In this document: piece by piece, positions 1-13,400 of the stretch
Numbering within the stretch: the first letter of the stretch is position 1
Layout of the letters: every line of letters starts with the position of its first letter
Origin: Tubulanus polymorphus
Taxonomy: Eukaryota; Animalia; Nemertea
Direction of reading: 5' to 3'
DNA length: 64,000 nt
Assembly (NCBI RefSeq): GCF_964204645.1
Contig: NC_134029.1
Coordinates: 17,416,950-17,480,949, forward strand
Notes under the pieces: generated by a model
What the model saw: only the letters and a program-made list of their open reading frames with translations
Told to the model about the DNA's origin: nothing
Databases searched by the model: none
Program-made: the position numbers and the translations under genes

Positions 1-1071
1 CTTATCTTTCAATAAAATACGGTGTCGCACCGTCGATGTGCGCCCGATGTCATCGGCAGACTTGGAAAATAAACCATTCCAACTGTATAGGAAATCTCCC
101 AACTCTGAAAACTCAGCCTCGCTCAAGGACGTGTCCCTAAAATTAAAAGACGCAAGAAAATCTTTTTTACTCAGATTCTCTGAATCACTCGAATTATTTA
201 CACAGTTTGTCTCAGCAGTCATACTAAACAAATTACCGCGACCGTTGACAGCTGGCTCGGGACCGTCCCTTGCTGACCAAGCATCAGTCCCGAGCCCTGC
301 CAAGCGAACCGGCGACACTAAGAAAACATTGGAAACGGGCGTCTTAGCCGGAATACTCACCGGACATGAACCCACATTCCTTAAAACTACCGTCACCCGA
401 TTCACTCCGTAGCCGTTCAAAGACGACACCGATGGAACCACTGTAAGCGTTCCGGGTAAAACGACCGTAGACTGACAGGTCATCACCGTACTAGCTCTAC
501 TCAACTCCCCTCGGATGATTCCATGAATTGCAATTTCGCTCATGGGAGGCACTTGTATCGGCTTTGTCGTTTTTACCAGCTCTTCCTCCACTTGCGCCAT
601 TGACTGGACGCATGCCTTCCAAGGCAGGGGTAACTCATCTACGAGTCCGCGTACCCGTTTCAAGACATTCGTGCCTACGACAACCGGTACTACCCGGTTA
701 TATTCAGTTTCCGGCACAACCAGCGACAATACCTCGATTTCTTTGTTCCCGATACCGAGTGTCACGACAGTACAACCGAGATAGGGCAACTTATGACCCG
801 CAGCTGTCGAAACATTCAAGATCCCCTCCAAAGGGTACACTGCCGCACCTATCTGTTGTGCAAACGACACCGTTGACACCATGGCGCCAGTGTCAATCAG
901 GGCCTTGCAACCGACACTATTTACGAGAACCTCTGTCTCACTGGACGGTCCCAATAACCCTTCTATCAACTCTTCGCGAGACGCAACCGACGGCGATTTA
1001 ATTTCCGACTTGGGCTTTTCACCATGGCGGGGACCAACGCGCCCAGAACGCTGATCCCTTAGGAGTTTAAC
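1..1071 (-). CDS. Pol polyprotein N-terminal part (retropepsin protease and pre-RT linker), open to window edge
   Basis: Translated by hand in the frame with codons starting at multiples of 3: ...LLGPSSETEVLVNSVGCKALIDTGAMVSTVS...VVVGTNVL...FSKSADDIGRTSTVRHRILLKDK, with no stop. This frame is -1 relative to gag at GTTAAAC (1071-1065). Confidence 0.88.
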
Positions 1072-2422
1072 GGTGGCTGTCCTTTCCCACAATCCTGAAA
1101 GTAGTGATCACCAACGACATTACATTTATAACAGGTGTAAGTGGGCGGAGGTCAACGCAAACCCATGTCGTTCCTCCACTGAGGACACTCCCTGACAAAA
1201 TGACCAGGCAAATCACACTTGAAACAGCGCTTTGTCGAGATCGGTGGATCAGGGTCAACCGAAACCTTCGTATCGGTCTGACTCCTTCCTTCTACCCCCA
1301 ACCCGAACTGTTCCACCACTCGATCTATATGGTCAACTCGTTTACTTAAGCGATGAATTTCCAGTTCGAACCCATTCAATTTTCTAACTACATCATCTAA
1401 TTTAGCAGCAACATCCTCTAACGAGACTGAAGTTTTATCTTTTGAGGTTGAACTGCGTGCTGCTGCACAACTCCCGACCTTCTGTGTACCGGTGTTGTGG
1501 AAGTCTTTCCTATCATGTCCTCCACACCTCTAGCTTCCAGGACCATGTCAGGGAAACTAGCAGCCGTGGAAAGAGTCGGTCGCAATGCCAGCTTAATCTG
1601 AGAGTCCTTCAGACCGTTACAGAATTGCGATCTTAACATCTCCTCACTTACTCCCAGAACACGACTCTTCAGGGTCTCGAGACGACAGGCCCAAAGGGCA
1701 ACGGATTCCTCGGGTCTTTGTTCCGCAGTAAAAAATGCTGACAATGCCTGAGTCGGAGTCGTTACTGACCCAAACACGGAATCGAATTTCCGCAACACAT
1801 CCTCCGGAGTAACGCTACTGCCCATGCTCAATACAATCTCGGCCGGCAATTCCCGGACCGATCGTCTTATTAGAGCCAAAAGGACGTGATCCGAAATCGC
1901 GGGATCAGTTAATAAACCTTCCACCTGCGACCTCCAGAGTTTATACGTGGTTTCGCCTTTCCGCTCACTTCCAGAGAAATTGTCCAACCGTGGTGAGGAA
2001 AAAGATATCGGCTGAACCCCAACAGCCCGCTCTGGGACCACTTTAACCGGGGTGACCGAGTCTAATTTCGACTGTAGGAAGCTACGCTGAGCAGAATTCC
2101 TCCTAACGGAGCTAAGAAGGCGTTGAGCCTCTTCCAGCGCCTTCCTCTCCCTCCCCTCGGATAGAATATCCCCCACTTGCTCAGCCTCCGCGGCATCAAT
2201 ACAGCTGAGTGTAGCGATAGCCTTACCTACTGGCAACTCACCCACCGACAACAAAGACATTACAGTAGACACTCTGGTGAACATCACAAACCAACCTTTG
2301 CCGCGAGGATCCTCGACAACTAATTCCACCACTCCATAAGCCATTAAAGCAGTCGACAACTCACGCTCAGTCACCGATACAGGATCTATTTCTACAAAAA
2401 GTACACGCTCAAGCGACGACAT
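1059..2422 (-). pseudogene. PNMA-like gag (RRM-like N-terminus, capsid, two zinc knuckles), disrupted
   Basis: ORF 1418-2422 has capsid-like motifs (PRLDNFSG...YKLWRSQV...EQRPEESVALWACRLE...SQFCNGL). After a frameshift near 1445 it continues KDKTSVSLEDVAAKLDD... to CFKCDLPGHFVRECP. An in-frame TGA at 1152-1154 is followed by CYKCNVVGDHYFQDC and a final TAA at 1059-1061. Confidence 0.85.
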
Positions 2423-3475
2423 GTTTCAAGTCAATTTCTTACCCAGTATATACCGTACGAAATAACCTAATATGGACGTCTAAATTTCCCGTTAATATAC
2501 TCACACCCGTAACCTGTGAACACTATGATTTGAAAAAAACCACGTTGATACAGTTATCGACAAGAACAGTGTTGATTGTTTGTACCGTAACTACTTACTC
2601 TTATGCGATAAGCTACAAAAAAAAAAAAAAAAAAAAAAACACTACCCCTAGCTCCACCAACCACAATATTATTGTAACAAACAAGCGTGTTAAGTGTACC
2701 ACAATCCTAGCAAATCGAATCACAATTAATCAAAAGCAAGCAAAAAAAACAATCAAATAAAGCAAAAAAAAACACAAAAAAACAAAAAAAAACAAAAATG
2801 ACAAGAAAAGTAAATAATTAAACACAATTACATACAAGACACTGTAAACATAAGACTTATATTCATGCAGTATTACCAAAAGAAAAATATAAACAAAACT
2901 CAAATAATTGAAGCGTCCTTCGCTAATGAATTAATAACGAATATCGGCAACACAATTTAGTTCCACACAATCAACTAATAACGTGACCGCCACAAAACCG
3001 AACTAAACTACACCACCCCACGCCGGACATTCCCGATCCGCCACAAAAACGAATTCTCCACGAAACGAAATCTATGAACGAAAACTTTCTGCGAACGCAC
3101 GCAGAATCATATACGCCACAATCACCAATACGAGCACGAATACCACGCACCCGAATTTAGTATAAAATCATGCAACACAAGACGACACTGCAGATTCCCA
3201 GCAGCGTTAATCAAATAATATGGTTTATGCGCCACATAAAACCATCACCAAACAAAATTAATTAATTAATCGCAGCTAAGCTAGCAAGCAAAATAAAGCA
3301 CATTTAACGTTGTGTTCACAACACCACAAGCAAAGCAACATAAAGCACAAACACACACGGTAGCTGGTTTAACATACCGAAATGGAGACGCGATTGACGA
3401 ACGGTTCCCTGTATGCCGCTCCTTTTGCTTCACTTCCGAATACGCTGACGATTATCAGCACGAACAAACGAATGA

Positions 3476-3489
3476 TTTACCGGGCGCCA
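3476..3489 (-). promoter_or_regulatory. Primer-binding site (TGGCGCCCG..., tRNA-Lys-like)
   Basis: Minus strand reads LTR-end CA, T, then TGGCGCCCGGTAAA. TGG pairs with tRNA CCA. The tRNA identity is an inference from a 9-nt match to Lys-type PBSs. Confidence 0.7.
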
Positions 3490-3490
3490 A

Positions 3491-3882
3491 TGTCGTAGCT
3501 CGGTCCCGTTTGCACCGGAGTTAACTTCTGATCGAATGCAGGGAGAACCGACCTACGAGTTCCTCTCAGCTCTTCACCTCACCCACGTTCCTATTCAGCA
3601 GGATGCAGCTGTGCCGTTCCTCCTTGTCCCGAACTGTAGAAGCCGGTGGGAAGAATCCTCGAACGACCCCGAACCTGCAGAGTAAACAACACGTAAACTT
3701 TGTCAAATGCCACCGTTTATTCAAGAACGTACATCACTTCATAGTAATACGAAGACGACTGACGCTGCGGGTCTCCAAGGACGCCAACTCAATTTGGCGG
3801 CGCCACTTGCCAGACCAGTAAAATGACCGCGGCACGGAATTCGGAGTTACATATCGACTCCGGCAAAATCGACACTACGACA
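3491..3882 (-). repeat. 5' LTR (392 bp)
   Basis: Bounded by 8-bp inverted termini TGTCGTAG...CTACGACA (TG..CA) and followed immediately by a PBS on the minus strand. Confidence 0.8.
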
Positions 3883-5234
3883 CAAATGTAGAATAGATTA
3901 CTGAATTAAACCATCAACTAATGATATGCTGAACAAACTTCAAACAACAATCTTTTATTCAAAATCTAATCTCTTCATTAATTCTTAGTCCCTTATTACA
4001 CGATTAATACATACAAGATATTATAATACTCGCAATTTCCAGATTTTATTATCCTTGAATTAAGTCAAAATACGCGCGCGGCGCGCGTCTCCTTGTCTCA
4101 GCTGTGTTTGTTTTTTAACAGCACGTGTGTGATAACCAAACTGTACTGTACGTTCTCTACTGATCGCTTCGCATGGATTTCCGTGGCACGATAGCGATAT
4201 ATAAGGGTCTATGTGTGTAGACTAGCTCCACCTCTAAATCAGTGTTGAAAAAACTGACTGTTGATTAGATGAATAGCATTCCACTGCCCGCTATGGTCTA
4301 CAGACTATTTAGTCCCATTATTAATTATCACCGCTCACAATTCTACCTAAGAACGTACTAAAATTGATGAGAGTAGAGTAGTAACACGGTTCACAAAAAA
4401 GCCGACGCGACGGCCGCAGTTAAACCGTAAGGGTTAGCAGGTCTTTAGGTATTGACAAGACAAATCTAAGCCAAAACTCCATTGGTATCGTCATACTTGC
4501 TAGTTCGGATACTGAATTGAATAGCCTACTTGGTTATATTCGTAAAACCGAACATATTATGAGCGAACATAAGATACCTAGTAGAATGAATTGCTTGCCA
4601 TTTTGTTTTGGGCTCCACATCGGGCTTTCCCAATGGGCTATCCCAATTACATCAGAAGCGCCGAAATTCCCGGAATTTCCTGTATATCCCACAAACAGCC
4701 AATCACATTCATTGTAGCTCAGGTAACAAGGTCAACTCAGATAAATAGAAGCAAGAAAATTTAGGGATTTATAAAGTGAGGGCCTGTAGGTTGAAAAGTA
4801 CATCGAGATGAGTCGCACAAAAAACGGCAACAATTCCAGGAAGGATTGAACTTTTATATATTTCAATCCCAAGTATGCAAATTGTCATATGTAAAAACGT
4901 GCCATTACTAATTGCTGAAAAGCAGGGTTTTTACATGTTTTTCAAGAATAAGTCCCCTAAAAATAACTTGATCACTATGAAATTTTTGTCCTCCCGAAAA
5001 CTCATTAAGCCAAACATGACACCAAAAATCAACACTATTGGTTCAATAGCCAATGTGATGTGCCTTGTTGACACACCGGTACTCTATTCATTTTCAATGA
5101 AAACTGCTTCACCAGATCGTTTGCATAAAAATGAAATGATTATTGTAACACTACTTCTCAAAAAGTTTCGGTCATGTAAGGTAAAAAAAAAATAGTACAA
5201 AATAACTAAGTTGTCCACAGGTAGGACAGTAAAA

Positions 5235-5568
5235 GCTACATCTACACTAGCATTTTGTACCCGGGTTATGCATCTACACTACGCTTGAAACACTGGTTCA
5301 ATGCAGAGTTCTCCACAAAACCTGGGTTTTAGAGACCCTTCTTGAAAAAGGAAGATACACTCCACATTGAACCCACGTTTGAGTAAGCATTTTTCTAGTG
5401 TAGACGGTAAACCGGCGTTCAATGCAGCGTTCAGGTGCCACAATTGACCTTGAACTCGCTCTACAGATGTGGATTCTTACTACCGAAACTCTGTTAAGTG
5501 TAGACGCTACTTGCTGCGAACACGGTTTCATTGAAACCTGAGTTCAAGGTGCTAGTGTAGACGTGGTT
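5235..5568. mobile_element. MITE with AGCTACATCTACACTAGC-type TIRs
   Basis: agctacatctacactagca ... tgctagtgtagacgtggtt. A shorter related copy lies at about 14968-15175. Confidence 0.65.
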
Positions 5569-8500
5569 TGAATCCATGAAATTAGTGCATTGTTTCAAAT
5601 TAAATTCAATTATATGTTAAGGAACATTCAATGCCACTTTAGCAATCGACGATTCCACTTTTGGCTCACGAGGCTCAGTTAGGTTCACTATGTAGTAACT
5701 CACACCACATTCAATTTCTTTATTTCAAAGATGATTTTTGGATTTGGGTGCCTAAAATTAGATACTACTTCAAAGTTGATTGAAAACGAACTCATTCTAA
5801 CGATCATTTACCTTTTTTGACTGGTAGTTGAAGCACTGAAATGCCAATAGTTTTTTCTTCATCCATCACCTGGGAAATGTCTTAATGTTGTGGTATCATT
5901 AAAAATTATTTTTTCTATTTAATTGTACAGTTAGTATTTTGCTTTGGCAAAATATTCTTTGCAACACATGTATTCTAAAATGTGCTTATTTCATCATTTC
6001 AGCTGGTCACCTGTAGGAAAGATTGGCCAGTGTCGTGCAGGAGCAGGTTGTGCTCGAATGGACGTGCCAGTCAGATCACTATTCACTAAGCGTGCTGAAT
6101 GTCACATGGGTACACATTACGTGCTTCATGTTTAGCCGAGGTAGAAACCTTTCTCTCCCCATTGGTGTAAAAATGCGTCAATATTAGAATAGCCAAATAA
6201 ACGTATCTAGTCATTTCACTTTTTTAAAATCAAAAGAGAACCTTATCAAAATGAATTTAAATGGTAAAATTGATTATGTATACTGGTACATACGTTCAGT
6301 CATTGTCTTGTTTGGTCAACATTTTGATTTGTAATTGCTTGCAATCAACATTGCCCATCATGAAATCATTGAAAACCAAGCTGGAAATGTTGTAGTAAAG
6401 AATTCTTGTAAAATTCCCTCTTTGCGTTTGACTGCCTTGGCAGTGGTATAATTTATATTATTTTCAAATCTGTTGCTGTGTACAGTGGTTTTTCCGGCAA
6501 GGAAAATGTGCATTGTTGGAATATTTCGATCAGCCAAAATATGTATTACTAATACTACTACTAACTTAACTCCTCCTGATTAGTGTAATTCGGGTAATTC
6601 GAAACTTGAGAATACATTTGTACAGGATGGTACAGTACCCCGGCATCGTTTCTTCTACCGTGCTTGAAAATAGTTTCCACAAACAGTTCTTACAGTTTTG
6701 TCTTGGCTGAATTGAAACTTGTGAAATCCATAGCCTGCTGTCGCTTATGAATGAGGCTGAAAAGATACCTAGTTTTTCAACTCCAGGCGGCTGGGTCCTG
6801 AGATTTTCACATGATCGTTGAAATAAAAAGCAGTCTGCACAGTCATCTTCAAACTCATATTTTTGCTTTTCATAGAAATTTAAATCTGGCCTGTTACTTA
6901 AAAGGTATTTATTGTCTTATGAACACCGAAGATCAAATAATAGACTAAATGCTAATTTTATTGCTTTATATCATCCTGCTGAGTCACATACTTGTAGTTT
7001 GAGAAACTAGGTATCATTTTTCAGGTTAAGTTAAGTGTAACTGTTTTATGTATGTGTTATGAAAATCAAAATTACACATTATCAGTATTTAATTATTAAC
7101 ATTAGTTCTATCAAAAATACATTAAGAGGAGTATTTTTGGAATGAGGTCATCAGATCTTTTTATGGATCGTGAAAATTTGTCTGATTTCTTCAATGATAT
7201 CTAGGTATATTCCTTATGTCGGGTTATAAAACAACCTATTAAACGGTCAGGTCCAGCTTGAGCAGAATGCTGTGTATCCTTTATGCAGGTTTAGGTTGGC
7301 CTTACGATGCAATTCTCCATGACTGGCTGTAGCCTTGCGACCACCTACGACACCACTTGCAACGAGTTCCTACTTTTCACCGACATAAGCTGTTCTTGCG
7401 ACTGACAGACTAGTCACACACCATTGCTGATCATGTCAAAGTTGACCTAATTAACCATTTGTGACCAGTTGCAATCGATATCATACACAGCTATAATGGG
7501 TTAAGTAGTTCGTAAAATGTCTACTTTAGACAGGCTGCTTATAGAAGTACGGTATCGACTATAAGGGCACTATAAGTTCGCTGGTTCTCGGTCATTCGCT
7601 GCCGATAAAATCATTTCTTCGAAGATTCGTTCTTTACAAATGAAAATTACAAATGAAATACTACGAATAAACACAAATGATTGATATCATATTCTATCCA
7701 TTATTTATATAACAATTTCTAAGCATCAGAACCACCAAAAGCTAATATACCGTTTGGTAGAATTGGACCTAGTTGATCCAGTCTATAATATGTGTGTGGC
7801 CATGGAATATGTAGTTGTTTGCTACCCGCTATACATGTGCCCAACGAAATATATACCAAATACTGTATGTTCCTATGTGCAGCCTGCCTGAAGATTGGAA
7901 ATGGTGTAAAATTATGATCTATCCTTCATGAACTGTAAGAATGGTCAATATCGGTATGTTTGTGTGTGAGTAAATTTAGTGCATTTATTATGAAGTCATA
8001 CTATCTTCTCTGGTTGTATTATTTCATCAGGTCCAATGTAAAATTCAAATATAACTGGTTTTTTGACCGGTTTTTAGTCAGAGTAACTTGTGCATTTTAG
8101 GTCACGGGAGCTTTTTGAGTTGGATAAGTTCATTTTTATCCTACTTGTTTTTTGTTTGATATATGTCTACTGAGAATTTATTGTGTATGTTCTGGTCACT
8201 GATGATGATGTGTATGTACATAAGGCTAGGAAGTGACAAATTTATTATCCTGGCGAAAATCCCTCATGCAATGAGGTTTGTGGCCCAAAAGAATTCAATG
8301 TGGCTCAATTGTGTTCTCCGTGAATTATCTGAAAAAGTATCAGGGTACAGGGGTTAGTTTCAAAGCAAATGGGGACAAATGTCTATGTGGGGTCTAATCT
8401 TGTGACTATTAAACCCCGCGAGCTAGGTGATGTCTTACAGCCCAGGGACTAATGTCTATTTCAACTAGACTGGAGAGGAAATCTGGACCCAGTTCCAGAG

Positions 8501-8996
8501 TTCTGAGTTAAGATTTTACTCGTGAGTTAACTCATTGAAAATGAACAAACTTTAACTCAGTGTTAACTCACAACTGTGGAACTGGGTCAAGGTGGCCTAG
8601 CTCAGTCAGTTTTAGTGGTACATACCTGATCAAAGTCTTAATAAGACCAGAATGCTGGCAGTTATACTAAAACATCGTTTTTTAATCCATTCTACACTGT
8701 AGTGAAGGATTGCAAAAAAGTCTTCATTGATAAGGGTTGCCTGATAGAAAAGAGACACCTTTTTCTTGAAAAGATTAAGTATAGTTATATGACTCCATGC
8801 CTACCAACTGAAGATTTTTTAAATTGTCAAAAATCATGGTGTAGATATGTTGAACATTCCCATCATGGAGTCACTTTTCATTATTCAACCCCTTACAATG
8901 AAGACTTTTGCAATTGTTCAATACAGTGTATTGAATGGATTGAAAATCTGAGATTTATGTTAGTATCTAAACTACATAAGATAGATAGAAGCTCCA

Positions 8997-9660
8997 CTGG
9001 ACGTATCGGCCCCACTCCGCGTGGTGGCGCCACCCCGCGGGATTTACGCGAAGCAGCAGAACACAAACACGGCCATTCTCTCAATTTTCAATGATAGAAA
9101 TCGTGTGTGTATTTCAATTATTTCGGCTGTTAGGGTTTTAAGGCACAATATAAGTTGATGATGTGATATGGCGATGTTAATTAATGATAATTCCGCAGTG
9201 AAGCTAGTCATGAACGGTGCCGATTGAGTGTACAGCTGCCAAAAACACTGAAATGTGCGTAGTTGCGTAACTATTTGCAGTGAATTGCAGACGAAACATA
9301 AAGCCTTAACGGCCGTTAAGAAAAATTATACCAATCGCAATTGTAAAATAAAAATGAGATAGAACCTAAGTTAAAATTCTGGCCATTTCTAAAATGTTAT
9401 TGATTATTATTACTAATTTTTAGTCAGTGCGGAACGTTTAGTTTTCCAACAATAATGAGGGGTGGTAGGTAGTCATGCAATTCAAGTCATCATTTATTAC
9501 ACGTTACTTCCGTGTTGTTGAAAATCTCGCGAGTCCTGGACTAAACCCCAATGAACAATGTGATCTGTGTGCTGGCCACCAAAATGCACACAGATCACAC
9601 TACACTACCCATTACACACTCCAGTACCCACAGCTTTCATATATCCATCCAAATATTTAG
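8997..9660 (-). mobile_element. Non-autonomous Helitron-like repeat, copy 1
   Basis: Near-identical to 53790-54440. The minus-strand 3' end has a GC hairpin followed by CCAG|T (CTAG|T in copy 2). Confidence 0.65.
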
Positions 9661-9880
9661 TGGCTTTCTTCCTGGTTTTTCTCTACGTTACAATGTATTA
9701 ACCTAGTTTTTCCAAACTCAGAATAAACGAACAACACTCACCAATGCCAGGAACTTAAAATTAACCAAGACCGGTGGTCATAGTGTAGACTCTAATGACA
9801 CATAAACCAGAAGCTAATAAATAGTCTTTGGTTTTTTGTAACCAAGACTACTGTTCTCATGCAGACAAGGCTAATGACAT

Positions 9881-10147
9881 AAGCCGCGATCACTTGAGCA
9901 TTTTTGGCCCGATCAAATACTTCGGACCATGCCTGAGCCAAATTTTAGCATTTAGCACGGGATAAACAATTGTTTTTGAATTGCAACTGGTTCCGGAAAT
10001 GACTCACTTCGCTTTGGGCATTGTTTAGTATCAAGTGAATGGTTTGCGTGTGAGCGCTCTCCTAGGTTCAGGCCAAATTTTACTCCTGCCCGATCCGTGC
10101 CATTTTGGCCCGGCTGAGCCAAATCGTCTCTGTGTGATTCCGGCTAT
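9881..10147. mobile_element. MITE (AGCCGCGATCAC...GTGATTCCGGCT)
   Basis: Imperfect TIRs. A partial second copy lies at about 30040-30160. Confidence 0.55.
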
Positions 10148-10247
10148 AAGTAACGAGCGATATGATTCAATTACATTTAGCTTCGTGAAACCGGCAGTAC
10201 ATGTAGCTGTCAATTCCCGTTTAAATATGTATTTAATCATGTGGTTA

Positions 10248-10467
10248 GGCTAAACAAAAATGATACCTTGTTTCTCCGCAGCGGCCGGGTCATTTTTGTA
10301 AAATATGATAAAATTTGTAAACAGTTCATTTCTATAGCGGCCGGGTCTGTTATGGTAAAATTGATCACGATTTTAAAAAAAGTAATGTATAGGGTAGATA
10401 GGCGGCCGGCCGGGTCAACATTTAAGCTCAGCAGAGCGGAGAAACAAGGTATCAATTTTTTTTAGCC
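10248..10467. mobile_element. PIF/Harbinger-like MITE
   Basis: TIR GGCTAAA..GATACCTTGTTTCTCCGC with TTA on both sides (3-bp TSD). Confidence 0.7.
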
Positions 10468-13400
10468 TTATCTTGTTTATTTTGCTCTTTAATTTTGTTG
10501 TTGTTTTGTTAACATTATTACGAATCATTTGAAGATTTAGTTGGTCTAACCAATGGTTATGGGTTATTCTAGTATCTACATGTTTGGTACTTTTATAATT
10601 TGTTGATTTTCAAACGCTATTCATAGGCGTCCCCAAGAGGAGTGCGGGGGTAGCAGACGCACCCCTTTTCGAGATAGCTAACTTCTCAAGGTACTATATA
10701 ATCAATGTTAAAGATTTTTCATGCCAATTTGACTAGCCTTTTACCTCTAAATGATTCATTTAGAGCCTGGAAAACGTCTCTAAAGCCTCCAATTTTAAAG
10801 TTTTTTGGGGGAGGCCCACCAAACACCAGATATTGTGCTTGGATGCTGGATTGATGCTAATTCGAACCCCCTATGAAAATTCCTGGGGACGCCCATGCTA
10901 TTCTAGTATATATTTCAGTGGTTATTGTTTGAATATAGTGTACCTGGCAAATCCTAAACGATCTTAATAGTAGATATCAAATAGTTTTTCTATTAAGATT
11001 TTACTTTGGCTTAATAATGATTACTCGAAGGTTTTACTGGCGGTGCATGTGTTGAATCAACCATGATAATGTGGTACATATAGTTGTTAAAAGTCGCAGC
11101 TCATATGAAATAGATAATTACAGTAGGCAGGTTCCTCTGTGGATATTCAATTAAAACAGCTTATACATTGTATGTTCAATAATAAAATGGTATTATAGAT
11201 AACTGTGATGTTTTTCTCTTTAAATCAGATCGATGGTGCTTATAATAGCAAAGATTGCTATTTTAGTTCTAAGTTGAAATTGAACCCACTCAATGCTATA
11301 TTCCTCACCGCATGGCCTTCATTGCAAGTGTCCCCCTCCCCCTAATACAAGTGCTGTGACATCAATTTAAGTGAAAGCTGATAGCAAATGCAACACCCTA
11401 AAAGTACATGTTACATGGATTGGGCTGTGGGGGCCATTCAGAAAAGTAGTACATGCTGAGCCAGTTACATTTACTACAGACGTAAAACTTGAAACAGTAC
11501 ATACTTTATGGAATTTAACCAATGAATAACATGTCATACCTTACTATATCCCCCTAAATATAGTTAGGGTATCCTGGAATAAGGTTGAGTAGTGGATTGT
11601 ATCCAATGTATAGCCTACATTTCTTGATAGATTTTCTTCAAACTCAGTGTGATGATGTAGACAGGTGAGATGTCCACTCCCATTGAAAATGGAGGTTATC
11701 ATCCATCAAATATGGCCGCCAGGGCAGCCATCTTCAATTTCTTGATAACATGACACAGCCGGCAATATCTGACGGATATCCATGAAGCTCGATGTGAGAG
11801 CAAAAACCAAGTTAATCTCTCTTCTCGCCTTTAACCAATAATTTTTACGAAGTCAATGAAAAATTAAAGTGAACTCGGCCGCTTTTGAAGTATATACATG
11901 TATGTACAATATTTTTGTAGCTTGTCTTCGATTTCTTGCCCCTTTACTATTTGCTTATCTTGGATTTCTTCTCGTCCTATTTTGATAAACTTGTTAGTCA
12001 GGGTGAATGGTTGCACCACTGACTTGTTTTATTGGTTTGCCTTTCATGGCCTTTGGCATACTGTTCTAGTTTGACATTGCATTCAGTCAAACAGATTTCA
12101 AATGCGACATCAGAGGGGCCAGCCCCTTTTCAAGTACAAATAAATTTTCCAATAACTGTTCCCGAGATGCTCTTACAATGCATCTTACAATGCATCAAAA
12201 TACAATATTTTCTAAAGGGAGGTCCCAATTCTTTTCAACTTCCTGTCGACTTGAATATGTAGGTACTGGAATGAAAAAGTGCCCTGGTTTGTGTGCTCTC
12301 CAAAACTGCAGGAATGACCACATGTTCAACCAGTATTGAAAAATTAATCCTAACCGCTACATCAGATTTTCAGACTAAAACCCTACCTCATACAATAAGA
12401 AAAAAAAAAAGTTTTAATGTAACTACATGCACAAGAATATCTTTTATTTCATTCAGTTTTTCATTCATGATTCTAGCAACAGACTGCAATAACATAACTG
12501 ATTTATATCAACTGCTGTTGAAAATTATCTGCCTTTATAATACCAGGATATGTTCTGGTGGACAACTTAAAAGTGCTTGTAAAGATCATAAGATAGTGAA
12601 GCTCGGGAATTCAGGGCACCATTGGGGAGCAGGAAGGCAGTGCTATCCCCCTGAAATTCAGGTACGATCGGGCCTTTTTTGCTATTACTTGTGCTCTCGT
12701 GCCCTTAGGCATATTGTTATAGGCCTAACAGTTTTTATTTGGGTATATGAGAATCATATATATTATATCAGTTTTCGACACTTAAGGTAACTGCCGTCTA
12801 AGGTTTCTGCCCCCAACATTGAAATGCTAGGTCCTGCCCTGGGTTTGAGGTATATTATCGTTGATAGATACAATTTAGTGCTTGCTATAACCATGGACGT
12901 ATAAACAAGATATGTCCATGCTATATGTAAGTTCGTGCATTGCGTAACCAGTGTTTCATTTGAATATTTCATTCTAATTTACGCTTAGGCTTTTGACTGC
13001 AGAATAAACACATTTATGTGTCTTGTATAGAGTATACGCACAGACAATAGGAAATAAGTTGTGCAGTTTCATAGGGTCACAAAGTTGGATGTACAAACTG
13101 GAGTTAATTAAACTAGTTTATGGTAGTGAAGTGTACAGAATTACGGGGCCCAGTTACATAGTCATGGCTTAGACTTAAGACCAATTTACGACCATCTTAG
13201 TTCTATTACCAATCTAACAACTTAAGACAAGTCAGGTTTAAGACCTTTTTCGGACTTAAACCAGGCCCAGAAGTGTAAGGCCCATACACATCACCTTTAT
13301 AAATAGATAAAATGTAAATAATAGCGAGTGATCACTCTGACTCCACCAGAGGGCGCTCATGGAGTCAATTCATCTAGTGGAAATATATGAAGCAGTTCCC

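Larger units (their letters stand above)
1..3882 (-). mobile_element. Gypsy/Ty3 LTR retrotransposon, 5' part (continues beyond the window start)
   Basis: Order on minus strand is LTR, PBS, leader, gag with CCHC knuckles, then pol beginning with an aspartic protease (ALIDTGA). Confidence 0.92.

Noticed and set aside
38-1001. Plus-strand ORFs of 124, 157 and 80 aa
   Set aside because: Antisense shadows of the minus-strand pol frame.
4070-4245. CG-rich patch, TATA-like and Inr-like motifs suggesting a plus-strand promoter
   Set aside because: TATA-to-Inr spacing is about 40 nt and no downstream coding exons were recognisable in 4-16 kb. A lncRNA cannot be excluded.
8702-9094. 130-aa ORF
   Set aside because: GTG start, no recognisable domain, and its 3' part runs into the Helitron-like repeat.
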